From assembly GCA_019116525.1 (NCBI GenBank), contig DXBM01000036.1, forward strand, positions 8,386 through 72,385: a stretch of DNA of 64,000 bases. The letters run 5' to 3'. The stretch is from Candidatus Olsenella pullistercoris. Lineage in GTDB: Bacteria; Actinomycetota; Coriobacteriia; Coriobacteriales; Atopobiaceae. A program made the position numbers and the translations under genes. Below are positions 48,992-59,156 of the stretch, one piece after another (position 1 is the stretch's first letter; the number at the start of each line of letters is the position of its first letter). The notes beneath the pieces are model-generated. The model worked only from the letters and a program-made list of their open reading frames with translations. It searched no databases and had not been told where the DNA came from.

Positions 48992-49669
48992 CTACTGGTC
49001 CTTCGGAGCGCGAAGCTTGCGACGAACGACGAGGGCCTCGATGCCGGAGGCGAGCTCGCGGGCGTACTCGACGCCGGCAGCGGTGAGGCTCACCTTGGTC
49101 GTGCGCCCGGCGTCATGGCCGCGGTCGACGAGCCCGCGCTCGGCGAGCGACGAGACGGACATGGAGACCGTGGGCTGGAGCAGCCCCAGGGCGTCCACGA
49201 TCTGCATGATGGTGAGGGAGTCCTCGTCGGAGGCGTACAGGCCGAGAAGGACAAGCTCCCCCGCCTTGCAGAAGTACGCGCCCATGGCGTCAACGTACTT
49301 GAGGATGCGCTCGGAGGAGGTGCGGGAGAGCGCCTTTCCGTTCGGAATCTGCGCACGGGTGAGGGCGGCGAGCTCGAGCACGTGCTCGCGGCCGCGCGCG
49401 GAGATGGAGCAGACCACGTTGCGGCGGTCGACCTCGCCCTCGGAGCGATCGATGAGGCCGAGCCCCTCGAGGTGGTTGGTCCGGTGGGTCATCGTCGGGC
49501 GGAGCGCCCCCTGGTAGTCGGCGATGGCGGAGGTCTTCACGGGCTCCGTGGACTCGTTCAGGCGACACAGGATCGCGAACTCCTCGAACGTGAGGCGCTC
49601 GCTCGCGCTAACGTTCTGGCGAACGATGTTGTACGCCCTGCGAACAGACATAAATTCCTTGAGGTCCAC
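48992..49669 (-). CDS. Tandem MarR-type winged-helix regulator
   Basis: Two wHTH halves (RPTMTHRTNHLEGLGLI...DRR; QPTVSMSVSSLAERGLV). Confidence 0.8.
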   Translation of the reverse strand: MDLKEFMSVRRAYNIVRQNVSASERLTFEEFAILCRLNESTEPVKTSAIADYQGALRPTMTHRTNHLEGLGLIDRSEGEVDRRNVVCSISARGREHVLELAALTRAQIPNGKALSRTSSERILKYVDAMGAYFCKAGELVLLGLYASDEDSLTIMQIVDALGLLQPTVSMSVSSLAERGLVDRGHDAGRTTKVSLTAAGVEYARELASGIEALVVRRKLRAPKDQ

Positions 49670-49864
49670 GAGCCCAGCCCCTATCTCTTGTTTTCCGAGC
49701 GATCAAATGAGCCGCAGCAAGCTGGCTATGCCAATGGCCTGCGGCCAACGCTGAGCAGTATACGGGAGGCACTTCTCAGCCGCTCCGCGCATTGTTGCGC
49801 ATCTATAAAAGTCGCACATATACAAGCATCGTTCCGTAATGAGAACGAAACGACCGCCCTCTCG

Positions 49865-51709
49865 CTACATCGCCTGCGGGGCACTGACGCCCACGAGCCA
49901 GAGCGTGAGCGCGAGCACGCGCCGCGTGGCGTCACAGGCGGCGAGGCGCGCACGGGAGAGCGCCTCGTCGAGCGGCCTCCCCTTGCCCGGGAGGACCTGG
50001 CAGGCAGCGTAGAACGAGTGGAATTCGGCTGCGAGCTCCTCGGCGTAGTGCGCGAGGCGGAAGGGCGCACGGTCGCGGGCGCAGCTCTCCACGAGGCTCG
50101 GCAGCTCGGAGAGCTTGCGGGCGAGCGCGGCCTCAGCCTGGTCCGTGAGCAGCGAGAGGTCGAAGCTCTCCCCCACCGCGCGGCGCGCGACCTCGTCCAT
50201 GCCGAGGGCCTCTGCCTCATCCGTCGTCACGCCAGCGCCGCGGCGCAGAATCGAGCAGATGCGAGCGTGCGCGTACTGGACGTAGTAGACCGGGTTGGTG
50301 TTGTCCTGCTTCTTGGCGCGCTCGATGTCGAAGTCGATCATCTGGTTCGAGGACTTGGAGATGAGCGTGTAGCGCGTGGCGTCGGCGCCAACCTCAGCGA
50401 GCAGCTCGTCAAAGGTGACCATCGTGCCCTTGCGCTTGGACATGCGCACGGGGTTGCCGTCGCGCAGCAGGTTCACGAGCTGGCCGAGAAGGACCTCGAA
50501 CTGCGTGGGGTAGCCGAGCGCCTCGCAGGCAGAGCGGACGCGCTGGATGTAGCCGTGGTGGTCGGCGCCCCAGATGTCGATCACATGGTCCACGCGCTGG
50601 AACTTGTTCCAGTGGTAGGCCACGTCGGAGGCGAAGTAGGTGTAGTCGCCGTTCGTCTTGATGAGAACGCGGTCCTTGTCGTCACCGAAGGAGGTGGAGC
50701 GGAACCACAGCGCCCCGGCCTCGTCTCGATAGAGGTGGCCGAGGTCGTCCAGGGCGGCGAGCGCACGGTCGACCGCCGAGGTTCCGTCCTCGCCCTTCTC
50801 GTAGAGGCTGCGCTCCGAGAACCACACGTCAAAGTCGCAGCGCGCCTCGTGGCAGGTCTCGCGGATGGAGTCGAGCATCCAGAGGTAGCCGCGCTCGCGG
50901 AACTCCGCCATGCGCTCGTCCTCTGAGACGGAGAGCCAGCGGTCGCCGTCCTCGCGGGCGAAGCGGCACGCGATGTCGACGATGTAGTCCCCGCCGTAGG
51001 CGTTGCCGCCGAGCGCCTCGTTGAAGGCGTCGGTGAGCGGGTGGGTCTCGGGCCGGCAGTCGCCCTCGTCCGCCACGAAGGCCTCGCGGTCGGCGAGAAG
51101 GACCTCGCGCGCGGCTTCAAGCTCGCAGCCGCGCTCGGCCATCACGTCAAGGAGCTGCTGGTAGCGCAGCGAGACCGAGCTGCCGAAGACGTCCATCTGG
51201 GACCCGTGGTCGTTGATGTAGTACTCGCGCTCGACCTCGTAGCCGGCGTGCTCGAGCACGCGGCACAGCGAGTCGCCGAGGGCGGCCCAGCGGCCGTGCC
51301 CGATGTGGAGCGGGCCGACGGGGTTGGCGGAGACGAACTCGACCTGCACCTTGGTGCCCTCGCCGAGCGTCGAGCGGGCATAGTCTGCGCCCTGCTCGCG
51401 CACCGTGCGGAAGACCTCGTTGGCCGAGGCCGTGGCAAGGTAGAAGTTGATGAAGCCGGGGCCGGCGACCTCGGCGCGCTCAACGGAGGGGTCGGACGGA
51501 AGGTGGGACACGATGGCCTCAGCGATCTGGCGCGGGGCGCGACGCGCGAGCTTCGCGGAGCGCATGGCCACCGTGGAGCTCCAGTCGCCGTTCGTCGGGT
51601 CGGCTGGGCGCTCGAGGCCCAGGTCGGCAACGTCAAACTCCGGCAGCTCGCCGGCCTGCTGCGCCGCGGCGATGGCGGCGCGGACGAGCTCCTCGATCTT
51701 CTCGGGCAT
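49865..51709 (-). CDS. argS: Arginyl-tRNA synthetase
   Basis: VEFVSANPVGPLHIGH, WGADHHGY, MSKRKG, YYVQYAHARI. Confidence 0.97.
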   Translation of the reverse strand: MPEKIEELVRAAIAAAQQAGELPEFDVADLGLERPADPTNGDWSSTVAMRSAKLARRAPRQIAEAIVSHLPSDPSVERAEVAGPGFINFYLATASANEVFRTVREQGADYARSTLGEGTKVQVEFVSANPVGPLHIGHGRWAALGDSLCRVLEHAGYEVEREYYINDHGSQMDVFGSSVSLRYQQLLDVMAERGCELEAAREVLLADREAFVADEGDCRPETHPLTDAFNEALGGNAYGGDYIVDIACRFAREDGDRWLSVSEDERMAEFRERGYLWMLDSIRETCHEARCDFDVWFSERSLYEKGEDGTSAVDRALAALDDLGHLYRDEAGALWFRSTSFGDDKDRVLIKTNGDYTYFASDVAYHWNKFQRVDHVIDIWGADHHGYIQRVRSACEALGYPTQFEVLLGQLVNLLRDGNPVRMSKRKGTMVTFDELLAEVGADATRYTLISKSSNQMIDFDIERAKKQDNTNPVYYVQYAHARICSILRRGAGVTTDEAEALGMDEVARRAVGESFDLSLLTDQAEAALARKLSELPSLVESCARDRAPFRLAHYAEELAAEFHSFYAACQVLPGKGRPLDEALSRARLAACDATRRVLALTLWLVGVSAPQAM

Positions 51710-51827
51710 GTGGTACCCCTCTTCTTGCCTGTAACGGTTCAGCTGGTAGATTGTACCCGATAGCGGGACGTTCTGAGCGGCCAGCTCACCTCAGGCGGCA
51801 ATTCCCGACGGGCGCTCGCCACTGGGC

Positions 51828-53315
51828 CTACGCCGTAGGGCGCCCGCTCTCCGCGCGCTCCTCGCGAGCGAGCTCGGCGCGCAGGCGGGCGAGCCCGCGC
51901 TCGAGCCCAACCGGATAGGTCTGCGGGTTGAGGAAGCGCGCGACGGCGGAGTCCAGGCGCATGAGGGCGTCCTTGCAGCGCGCCCGCGCGGCCTCGATGC
52001 CCTCGGGCTCGCCGACGCGCCGGCCGTGCTCGACCATCGGAACGAGGAGCTCGGAGGGCTCGCCGGAGAGGACGTGGGTGGTGTAGGGATCGAGAATGTC
52101 GACCATCTCGCGCGCGGGCGCCGCCTCGGCGACGTCGTCGACGACGATCATGTCCCCCGTTGGGCGGCCCGAGGCGTCGCAGTAGCGAAGAACGCGCTGA
52201 ACGCCGGGGACCGTGCGCTTGTAGCCCTGCTCGGATAGCTTGATCACGGGCGTCCACGGCTCCTCGGGCGAGCGCCTGACCGCCGAGAGCTTGTACACGC
52301 CGCCGAGAGACGGCTGCGGGTCGCAGGTGGCGAGCTTCGTGCCCACGCCGAAGGTGTCAATCGGTGCCCCCTGGGCAAAGAGGGACTGGATGGTGTACTC
52401 GTCGAGGTCGTTGGAGACTGAGATCTTCACGTAGGGCAGCCCCGCCTCGTCAAAGGCACGGCGGGCCTCCTTGGAGAGGCGCGCGAGGTCGCCGGAGTCG
52501 AGGCGCACGGCAGAGAGGCGCTCGCCTGCGGCCTCCATCTCCTTGGCCACGGTAATCGCGTTCCTGATGCCCTGCCGGACGTCGTAGGTGTCGAGCAGGA
52601 GCACGCAGTTCTTGGGGCTCGACTTGGCGAAGGCACGGAACGCCTCGAGCTCGCTCGGAAACGCCATGACCCAGGAGTGCGCGTGCGTGCCGAAGACGGG
52701 GATGCCGTAGATCTTGCCCGCAAGCACGTTGGACGTGGAGGACGCGCCGGCGATGTAGGAGGCGCGCGCAACGGCGAGCCCCCCGTCGGGGCCCTGCGCC
52801 CGGCGCAGGCCGAAGTCGGAGACCGGGTGCCCCTCCGCCGCGCGCACGACGCGCGCCGTCTTGGTGGCGACGAGCGTCTGGAAGTTCACGAGGTTGAGCA
52901 GGGCCGTCTCGATGAGCTGGCAGTCGATGACAGGGCCCTCGACGCGCACCATCGGCTCGCGGCCGAAGACGAGCTCCCCCTCGGGGACGGCGTGAATCGT
53001 GAGGTCGAGGCGATGGTCGCGGAGGTACTCGAGGAAGCCTCGCTTGAACATGGGGCCGCCGCCGGGGGCGTTGAGGCCGGCGAGGTACTCGATGTCCTCG
53101 TCCTCGAAGACGAAGTTCTCGACGAGCTCGGCGATCTGCCCGGTGCCGCAACAGACGGCGTAGCCACCGTCGAAGGGGTTGTCACGGAAGAAGGCGTTGA
53201 AGCAGGCCTGGGCGTCGGCGAGCCCCGACTCCCAGAATCCCTGCGCCATCGTGAGCTCGTAGAGGTCCGTGTTGAGACAGACGTCGGTGGGCTTCGTGCG
53301 ATCGGTGAGCGACAT
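51828..53315 (-). CDS. pncB: Nicotinate phosphoribosyltransferase
   Basis: TDLYELTM, DFGLRRAQ, GTHAHSW, VRLDSGD, GVYKL. Confidence 0.95.
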   Translation of the reverse strand: MSLTDRTKPTDVCLNTDLYELTMAQGFWESGLADAQACFNAFFRDNPFDGGYAVCCGTGQIAELVENFVFEDEDIEYLAGLNAPGGGPMFKRGFLEYLRDHRLDLTIHAVPEGELVFGREPMVRVEGPVIDCQLIETALLNLVNFQTLVATKTARVVRAAEGHPVSDFGLRRAQGPDGGLAVARASYIAGASSTSNVLAGKIYGIPVFGTHAHSWVMAFPSELEAFRAFAKSSPKNCVLLLDTYDVRQGIRNAITVAKEMEAAGERLSAVRLDSGDLARLSKEARRAFDEAGLPYVKISVSNDLDEYTIQSLFAQGAPIDTFGVGTKLATCDPQPSLGGVYKLSAVRRSPEEPWTPVIKLSEQGYKRTVPGVQRVLRYCDASGRPTGDMIVVDDVAEAAPAREMVDILDPYTTHVLSGEPSELLVPMVEHGRRVGEPEGIEAARARCKDALMRLDSAVARFLNPQTYPVGLERGLARLRAELAREERAESGRPTA

Positions 53316-53335
53316 GGCTCCTCCTCCTTGTGCCT

Positions 53336-53647
53336 TTACCCGAGCAGCGTGACCGCGAGCCAGACGGCGGCGAGGCCGACCACCGCGAGGATGACGACTT
53401 TCTGTCCGGTGGGCATCCTGAGGTCGTCCTCGTCGGGCTCCATGAGCGCGCGGCCGCGCTCGCGGGCACGCTCGTCGCGCAGCTGCGCCTGGCGCTCCGC
53501 CTCGCTCGCAGCGCGCCGCTGGCGCAGCCGCTCGAGCTCGGCGCGCTCCGCGGCGTCGCGCTCGCTCTGCTCGCGGGCGGCCTTCTCGGCCCGCAGCGCC
53601 TCGAGCTCCTCGCGCTCCTCGTCGGTCAGCGAGCTTCTGTCCGCCAT
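53336..53647 (-). CDS. Small coiled-coil protein with C-terminal TM helix
   Basis: E/R-rich helix then hydrophobic tail; GGAGG RBS. Confidence 0.75.
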   Translation of the reverse strand: MADRSSLTDEEREELEALRAEKAAREQSERDAAERAELERLRQRRAASEAERQAQLRDERARERGRALMEPDEDDLRMPTGQKVVILAVVGLAAVWLAVTLLG

Positions 53648-53690
53648 GGTCCCTCCGTGGTCATCGTTGGCAGTGCCTACAGTTATACCC

Positions 53691-54677
53691 CTATTGGGGC
53701 GCCCCGGCGCCGCTCGAGCGAGGGTGCCCGAGCTCGGGGCCCCTCACCCCCGTCGCGTCGAAGGCGGGCACGAAGCTCTCCGAGACGGTGCCCCCCTCCT
53801 GCCACCAGATGCGCTCGAAGCCAAGGTCGTCGGCGTGGCAGAGCACGATCTCGTACTCCTCGTCGGTGACTGCGCGCGCGAGCGACCCGCCGGCACGTCG
53901 ACACGCCTCGTTCGGCGTGTACTGGTTCATGACGGAGAGGTCGCACTCGTTGCCAACGAGCTCCCACACGCGGTCGAGCACGGCGCACGAGTCGTCGGCG
54001 TGCTCGGGCAGCACGAGGTGGCGAACGATGACGCCGCGCCGCATCGAGCCGTCATCCCCCACGAGGCGCCCTCCCGCCGCGCGCACGGACTCCGCCATGG
54101 CGAGAAGGGCGTCGGCGGCGACCTCGGGGTAGTCGGGCGCGCCCGAGAGCTCGCCGGCGAGCGCCGGGCTCGCGTACTTGAAGTCAGTGAGCCACACGTC
54201 AACGACGTCGGAAAGAGCGCGCACGGTGGAGGCGAGCTCGTAGCCCGAGGTGTTGCACACGACGGGCACCGAGAGCCCGGCGTCGCGCGCGAGAAGCACG
54301 GCCCCGCGCACGTCCGGCGAGAAGTGCGTGGGGGTGATGAGGTTCACGTTGAGGGCGCCCGCCGCCTCGAGCTCGAGCATCATCTGCGCGAGGCGCCGCG
54401 TCGTGACCGCGAGCCCGAACCCCTCGCCCGAGATCTCGTGGTTCTGACAGAAGACGCAGCCGAGCGGGCAGCCGGAGAAGAAGATCGTCCCCGACCCTCG
54501 CTCGCCGGACACGGGCGGCTCCTCCCAGAAGTGGAGCGCGGCGCGCGCGACCCTGAGCTCGGAGGTCATCCCGCAGCGCCCGGCTCGCCCGGCGGAGCGG
54601 CGCGCCCGGCAGCGGCGCGGGCAGAGCTCGCAGGCGTCGTAGGCAGATGCCGGGAGCACGTCGGAGAGGGCGCTCAC
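53691..54677 (-). CDS. Radical SAM protein (PflX-like)
   Basis: CELCPRRC, WEEPP, CPLGCVFCQN, VIVRHLVLP. Confidence 0.88.
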   Translation of the reverse strand: MSALSDVLPASAYDACELCPRRCRARRSAGRAGRCGMTSELRVARAALHFWEEPPVSGERGSGTIFFSGCPLGCVFCQNHEISGEGFGLAVTTRRLAQMMLELEAAGALNVNLITPTHFSPDVRGAVLLARDAGLSVPVVCNTSGYELASTVRALSDVVDVWLTDFKYASPALAGELSGAPDYPEVAADALLAMAESVRAAGGRLVGDDGSMRRGVIVRHLVLPEHADDSCAVLDRVWELVGNECDLSVMNQYTPNEACRRAGGSLARAVTDEEYEIVLCHADDLGFERIWWQEGGTVSESFVPAFDATGVRGPELGHPRSSGAGAPQ

Positions 54678-55891
54678 TGGCGCCCCTCCGTGTGCCGGCG
54701 GCGCTCGTGGAGCTTCTCGGCCTCCTCCTCGAAGGCGTCGTCCGCCGGGGTGACGAGCTCGTCCTCTCCGGTCCTCGGGTCGTAGTGGTGCAACAGCACC
54801 GGCTCAAAGAGGTGCAGGTGTCGCGCGAAGACCATCGACGCGCCGAGCAGGACGCAGAAGACGGCGATGCGCGGCCACGTGCTCACCTGCGTCATCACGA
54901 CCGACCCCACGCACAGAAGCGCCGTCCAAGCGTACATGAGCAGCACGGATTGGCGCTGGTCGAAGCCCTCGGCCATGAGGCGGTGGTGGATGTGGCCCCG
55001 GTCGGCGTGGCTGATGCTCACGTGCCCGCGCAGGCGACGGACGATGGCAGAGAACGTGTCGATGATGGGGACAGCGGCGATGACGAGCGGGACGATGATG
55101 GTGGTGAGGCCGGCGAAGCGCGTGACGGACAGCAGCGAGACCGTGCCGAGCGCGAACCCGAGCGTGAGCGAGCCGGAGTCCCCCATGAAAATCGAGGCGG
55201 GATGGAAGTTGTAGCGCAGGAAGGCGAGCGACGCGCCCGCCACGGCCACGGAGAGCGCCGCGGCGTCCGGCCTGTGCCCCAGGACAGAGAGCGCGAACAT
55301 CGTGACGCTCGCGATGCCCGAAATTCCCGCGGCGAGCCCGTCAAGGCCGTCTATCAGGTTGATGATGTTTGTGTAGGAGACGAGGTAGACAACAGTGACC
55401 GGGTACGCGAGCCAGCCGAGGTCGATGACGCCCCGCGCGAAGGGGTTGGAGATGGCCCCTATCACAAGGCCCCCCCCAGCGGCGATGGTGGCAGCGGCGA
55501 TCTGCCCGATGAGCTTCTGCCATGGCAGGAGCGAACGGGCGTCGTCGATTACGCCGGTCAGGAAGATGACCAGGAACGCAGCGACGAGCATCCAGTAGTT
55601 CACCTGGAGCTTGGGCGAGGGGACGAGCACGGCGGGCCAGTCAAAGCAGAGAGTGCCCACGTACTGCGCGACGAACGCGGCAACAATGCCCAGGAAGATG
55701 GCGATGCCGCCCATGCGCGGCACAGGGACCTTGTTGATGCGGCGCGGGTTCGGCATGTCCACGGCGCCCAGGGCGACGGCGATACGACGGGCAAGCGGCG
55801 TTGTCAGTAGGGTGACCGCGAGTGCCGAGAGAAAGAGGCACAGGTACGGTATCCAGTTAGGGACCACCACGCCTCCTTCCGCGCACTCCAT
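54674..55891 (-). CDS. MraY/WecA/TagO-family phospho-GlcNAc transferase
   Basis: VPRMGG, GVIDD, NLIDGLDGL, IFMGDSGS, DRGHIHHRL. Confidence 0.9.
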   Translation of the reverse strand: MECAEGGVVVPNWIPYLCLFLSALAVTLLTTPLARRIAVALGAVDMPNPRRINKVPVPRMGGIAIFLGIVAAFVAQYVGTLCFDWPAVLVPSPKLQVNYWMLVAAFLVIFLTGVIDDARSLLPWQKLIGQIAAATIAAGGGLVIGAISNPFARGVIDLGWLAYPVTVVYLVSYTNIINLIDGLDGLAAGISGIASVTMFALSVLGHRPDAAALSVAVAGASLAFLRYNFHPASIFMGDSGSLTLGFALGTVSLLSVTRFAGLTTIIVPLVIAAVPIIDTFSAIVRRLRGHVSISHADRGHIHHRLMAEGFDQRQSVLLMYAWTALLCVGSVVMTQVSTWPRIAVFCVLLGASMVFARHLHLFEPVLLHHYDPRTGEDELVTPADDAFEEEAEKLHERRRHTEGRQ

Positions 55892-56022
55892 GGCCGCATG
55901 CTGCAGCCCATGATAGCAAGTCAGCGCCCGAGGCGGGAGCGCACACGCTCATATCCACTTTTGCCGAGAAGGGCAAGCAAGTCAAGACTGGTTTCTTCGG
56001 ACGGCTCACCTATAGTTGAGGT

Positions 56023-56190
56023 GCCGTTCCCCTGCGGTCAAACTGGGTGAACCGACAAGCGTTACTTGGGAGTCCGACATCTCGTGATCAGTACGGAGAT
56101 TCCCCGTTGATGGGAAAGCCGGAACGCGCGATGGGGACACCCACCTTCTGAGAGGTGGGTTCATTGACGCACCGCAGGGGACGGCTTTTT
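56023..56190 (+). ncRNA. ssrS: 6S RNA
   Basis: Paired termini GCCGTTCCCCTGCGGT / ACCGCAGGGGACGGC; internal TGAACC..GGGAG..CACCCACC..GGTGGGTTCA pattern; TATAGT -10 at 56011 and a T-run at the 3' end. Confidence 0.8.
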
Positions 56191-56367
56191 GTGCCCTGGG
56201 GCCGCGTCGCATCCCGGCAACCGGACCGATTGAGCGGTGTCGCGCCCGAGCGCCCATGCGCTACCGAGCGGCCCTCGCGTCGAGCCCTTCTCCGCACGGC
56301 CGCCGTGTAGGAGCCGGGCGACACCTTCCAGCAGCAAAACGTCGCCTAGCTCCTACGCAAAGCAAAG

Positions 56368-56419
56368 TGAGTGCGCGAAACGACACTTTCGCACCCCAAA
56401 CTGTCGTTTCGCGCCCTCA
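56368..56419. repeat. Inverted repeat TGAGTGCGCGAAACGACA...TGTCGTTTCGCGCCCTCA
   Basis: 18-bp arms with 1 mismatch, between 6S RNA and the tRNA terminator. Confidence 0.65.
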
Positions 56420-56493
56420 GTCCCCGATCCGCAGCACACAGAGCGCAACGGCGAGCAGTGCTTTGGCCCCGGACGCCGGCGGCGGATCCCGAC

Positions 56494-56528
56494 AAAAAAA
56501 TCGGACGCCCTCCGTGGAAGGCGTCCGA
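56494..56528 (-). terminator. Intrinsic terminator after tRNA-Ala
   Basis: TCGGACGCC...GGCGTCCGA plus T7 on the minus strand. Confidence 0.8.
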
Positions 56529-56540
56529 CAAGACGTTCAA

Positions 56541-56616
56541 TGGTGGAGACGAGGGGATTCGAACCCCCGGCCTCTGCCTTGCGAAGGCAGCGCTCTCCCA
56601 GCTGAGCTACGTCCCC
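56541..56616 (-). tRNA. tRNA-Ala (CGC)
   Basis: GGGGACGTAGCTCAGCTGGGAGAGCG CTGCC TT CGC AA GGCAG ... GGTTCGAATCCC ... CCACCA; 76 nt. Confidence 0.97.
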
Positions 56617-56753
56617 AGGCGCATTGCGCGTTGGCTATTTTGGCAGCGCCGGCGCCAACTGTCAAGCGGCAATCGCGCGCTCCTCTCGACGGGGCCCGGG
56701 CCGTGCCGCCCCCCATGAGGAGCTGCCCCGTTTTTCTCGCCGTCTCATGTGAA

Positions 56754-56773
56754 TTAAACGAACGTTCAGTTAA
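56754..56773. promoter_or_regulatory. Putative TetR operator TTAAACGAACGTTCAGTTAA
   Basis: AT-rich imperfect palindrome ~30 bp upstream of the tetR start. Confidence 0.5.
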
Positions 56774-56803
56774 GATAAGGACAACGAGGAGAGGAGGCGA
56801 TCC

Positions 56804-57391
56804 ATGCGATCCAAGGACGATCACAAGAGGGAGGCCATCCTCGAGGCAGCGGTGCAGGTTGCCAACGACGAGGGCCTCGCAAACGTCTCCATGTCAAAGA
56901 TCGCTCGGACGGCAGGGGTCTCCCCCGCAACGCTCTACACCTACTTCGAGGGCAAGGACGACCTGCTGCGCGCAGCGTTCCTCCAGGCAAAGCGCTCCAT
57001 GCTCGAGCGCTGCTGCCAAGGCATTGACGGAAGCTCGGTCTCCACTGCCCGCGAGATTGAGTCGGCGGTGCGCTCCTTCTGCAAGAACACCCTTGGCTAC
57101 CTGCGCGAGAGCACATCCGAGTTCCTCTTTGTCGAGCAGGCAGTCGCCTCTCCGCTCGTGGACGACAGCGTGGCGCAGCGCTCCCAGGACTGGGAGCGTC
57201 CCGCGGTCGAGCTCTTCGAGCGCGGGAGCGCCCTCGGCGTGCTGAGGGACGCGCCGCCCGCACTTCTCATCGGCTTCTGCATGTACCCCATCGAGCAGGT
57301 CTACAAGGAGACGCTCCATGCCTCGTCCCTGCTCGCCCCCGTTGACTACGAGCTCGTATTTGACATGTGCTGGAATGCGATACGCAGATAG
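56804..57391 (+). CDS. TetR/AcrR family regulator
   Basis: ILEAA...SMSKIARTAGVSPATLYTYFEGKDDLL. Confidence 0.92.
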   Translation: MRSKDDHKREAILEAAVQVANDEGLANVSMSKIARTAGVSPATLYTYFEGKDDLLRAAFLQAKRSMLERCCQGIDGSSVSTAREIESAVRSFCKNTLGYLRESTSEFLFVEQAVASPLVDDSVAQRSQDWERPAVELFERGSALGVLRDAPPALLIGFCMYPIEQVYKETLHASSLLAPVDYELVFDMCWNAIRR

Positions 57392-57438
57392 ACGCGGACG
57401 GGGCATCGACGCCCGCGCCGCCCCAGGGAAGGAGCGCC

Positions 57439-58194
57439 ATGGACAAGACAGCACAGAGTTCCGACTCCCCCGCCGTGCTCACCTGCCGCCTCCCCGACGG
57501 GACCGAGCTCTCCCGCCTCGGGATGGGGGCGATGCGCCTGCCCCAGACCGCGCCGGGCTTTGCCGGGCCCATCGACGAGCCGCGCGCAACCGAGCTCGTC
57601 GACTACTGCATGCAGCATGGCGTCAACTACTACGACACGGCCTACATCTACCACGGCGGCGCCTCGGAGGTCGTGCTGGGCCGCGCGCTCGCCCGTCATC
57701 CGCGCGAGAGCTACCACGTGGCGGACAAGTTCAACGTCCAGGCGAACCCGGACTACCGCGCCCAGCTCGCCCAGCAGCTCGAGCCCTGGGGACCGGTCAC
57801 ATAGACTTCTACCTGCTTCACGGTGTCACGGACCGGCTCGTCTCGGACTACCTCGACAACGGTGCCCAAGAGTACTTCGAGGAGCAGCGCAGGAGGGGCA
57901 CCCTGCGCCGGCTGGGCTTCTCGTTCCACGGCTCCCCCGAGGCGCTCCGCGCCATGCTCGACCGTCGGAAGTGGGACTTCGTTCAGATTCAGCTCAACTA
58001 CTACGACTGGCTCTTCGGAACGGCGCGCGAGCAGTACGAGATCCTGCGCGAGCGCTCGGTGCCCGTCATGGTGATGGAGCCGGTCCACGGCGGCGTGCGC
58101 GGGCTGCGGATCGTGCACGCGGCGCTGCCCGCAGGGAATCGACGTGCCCGCGATCATGGCCGAGATGGCGAGCCTTGTCGCGGCGCAGGCCTAG
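57439..58194 (+). pseudogene. Aldo/keto reductase with C-terminal 4Fe-4S domain, pseudogene
   Basis: LGMGAMRLP...YYDTAYIY; frameshift at ~57784; then IDFYLLH...VMEPVHGG joined out of frame to CAGCGSCTRRCPQGIDVP, implying an internal deletion at ~58092. Confidence 0.85.
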
Positions 58195-58206
58195 GCGCTC
58201 GGCGCC

Positions 58207-59037
58207 TCACGCGTAGGCGCCGCGCAGCGAGTACCAGCCGTCCGCCTCTCCCACCACGAGCGGCACGCCAAAGAGCTCGCTCATGACCTGACTCGTGAGC
58301 AGGCGCTCCTTGGGGCCGTCGGCAAAGACCTCGGCGTCCTTGACGAGAAGGACGCGCTCGATGGCAGGGATGATGTCCTCGGGATAGTGCGTCACGAGCA
58401 CCACCGAGCGGCCCTCGGCGGCAAGCGTCCCCATGGTCCTGCGGACGTGGTACATGCCCTCGGGGTCGAGCCCGGTGCACGGCTCGTCGAAGATGAGGAC
58501 CTGTGGGTCGCGCACGAGCTCGCGGGCCACGAGCACGCGACGGACCTGGCCGGTGGAGAGCGTCATCACGTCGCGCCCGGCGAGCGAGGCGATCCCCAGA
58601 CGCTCGAGCGCGTCGGCGGCAAGCGCGCGGTCCCTCTCGCCCACCTCGCCGCGCAAGGGGACGCCGAGCGTGCCGAAGAGCCCACCGACCACGATGTCAA
58701 TGACCGGCAGATGAACGCGCACCTGGTCGTGCATCGTGGAGCTCACGATGCCGAGCGTGCGCTTGATGTCGGCGAGCTGAGGGCGGGCGGCACCGCGGAA
58801 GCGGACCGGCGGCTCCTCCCTCCAGAGGGGGAAGACCTCGCGCGTGAGCAGCTGGATGAACGTGGACTTGCCCGCGCCGTTGGGGCCGAGAAGGGCCACG
58901 TGCTCTCCTTCCGCGAGCGAGAAGTCGCCCACGTGCAGGATGGTCTTGCCGCCGCGCACGACGCTCGCGTCGTGGATCTGGAAGAGCGGGGCGGCTGGCG
59001 CAAGGCCCCCCGCGGGCGCAGTCTCGTTGGTTTCCAT
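58207..59037 (-). CDS. ABC transporter ATP-binding protein (ModF/YlmA-like, stand-alone)
   Basis: GPNGAGKST, LSTGQ, IFDEP, VTH. Confidence 0.88.
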   Translation of the reverse strand: METNETAPAGGLAPAAPLFQIHDASVVRGGKTILHVGDFSLAEGEHVALLGPNGAGKSTFIQLLTREVFPLWREEPPVRFRGAARPQLADIKRTLGIVSSTMHDQVRVHLPVIDIVVGGLFGTLGVPLRGEVGERDRALAADALERLGIASLAGRDVMTLSTGQVRRVLVARELVRDPQVLIFDEPCTGLDPEGMYHVRRTMGTLAAEGRSVVLVTHYPEDIIPAIERVLLVKDAEVFADGPKERLLTSQVMSELFGVPLVVGEADGWYSLRGAYA

Positions 59038-59156
59038 TGTGTGCCCCCTTTCGGCGTGCCGGCGCGCTGCGGGCGCGGCGAGGTCTACTATAGGCATCCT
59101 CGGGGCCGCCGCGCCGCGGTCCCGCGCGCCGTCACCAACTAGCAAAGGAGCCCGCC

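Noticed and set aside
56541-56616. tRNA-Ala as an integration site
   Set aside because: No duplicated tRNA 3' end noticed and no integrase in the window; the flanks are core genes.
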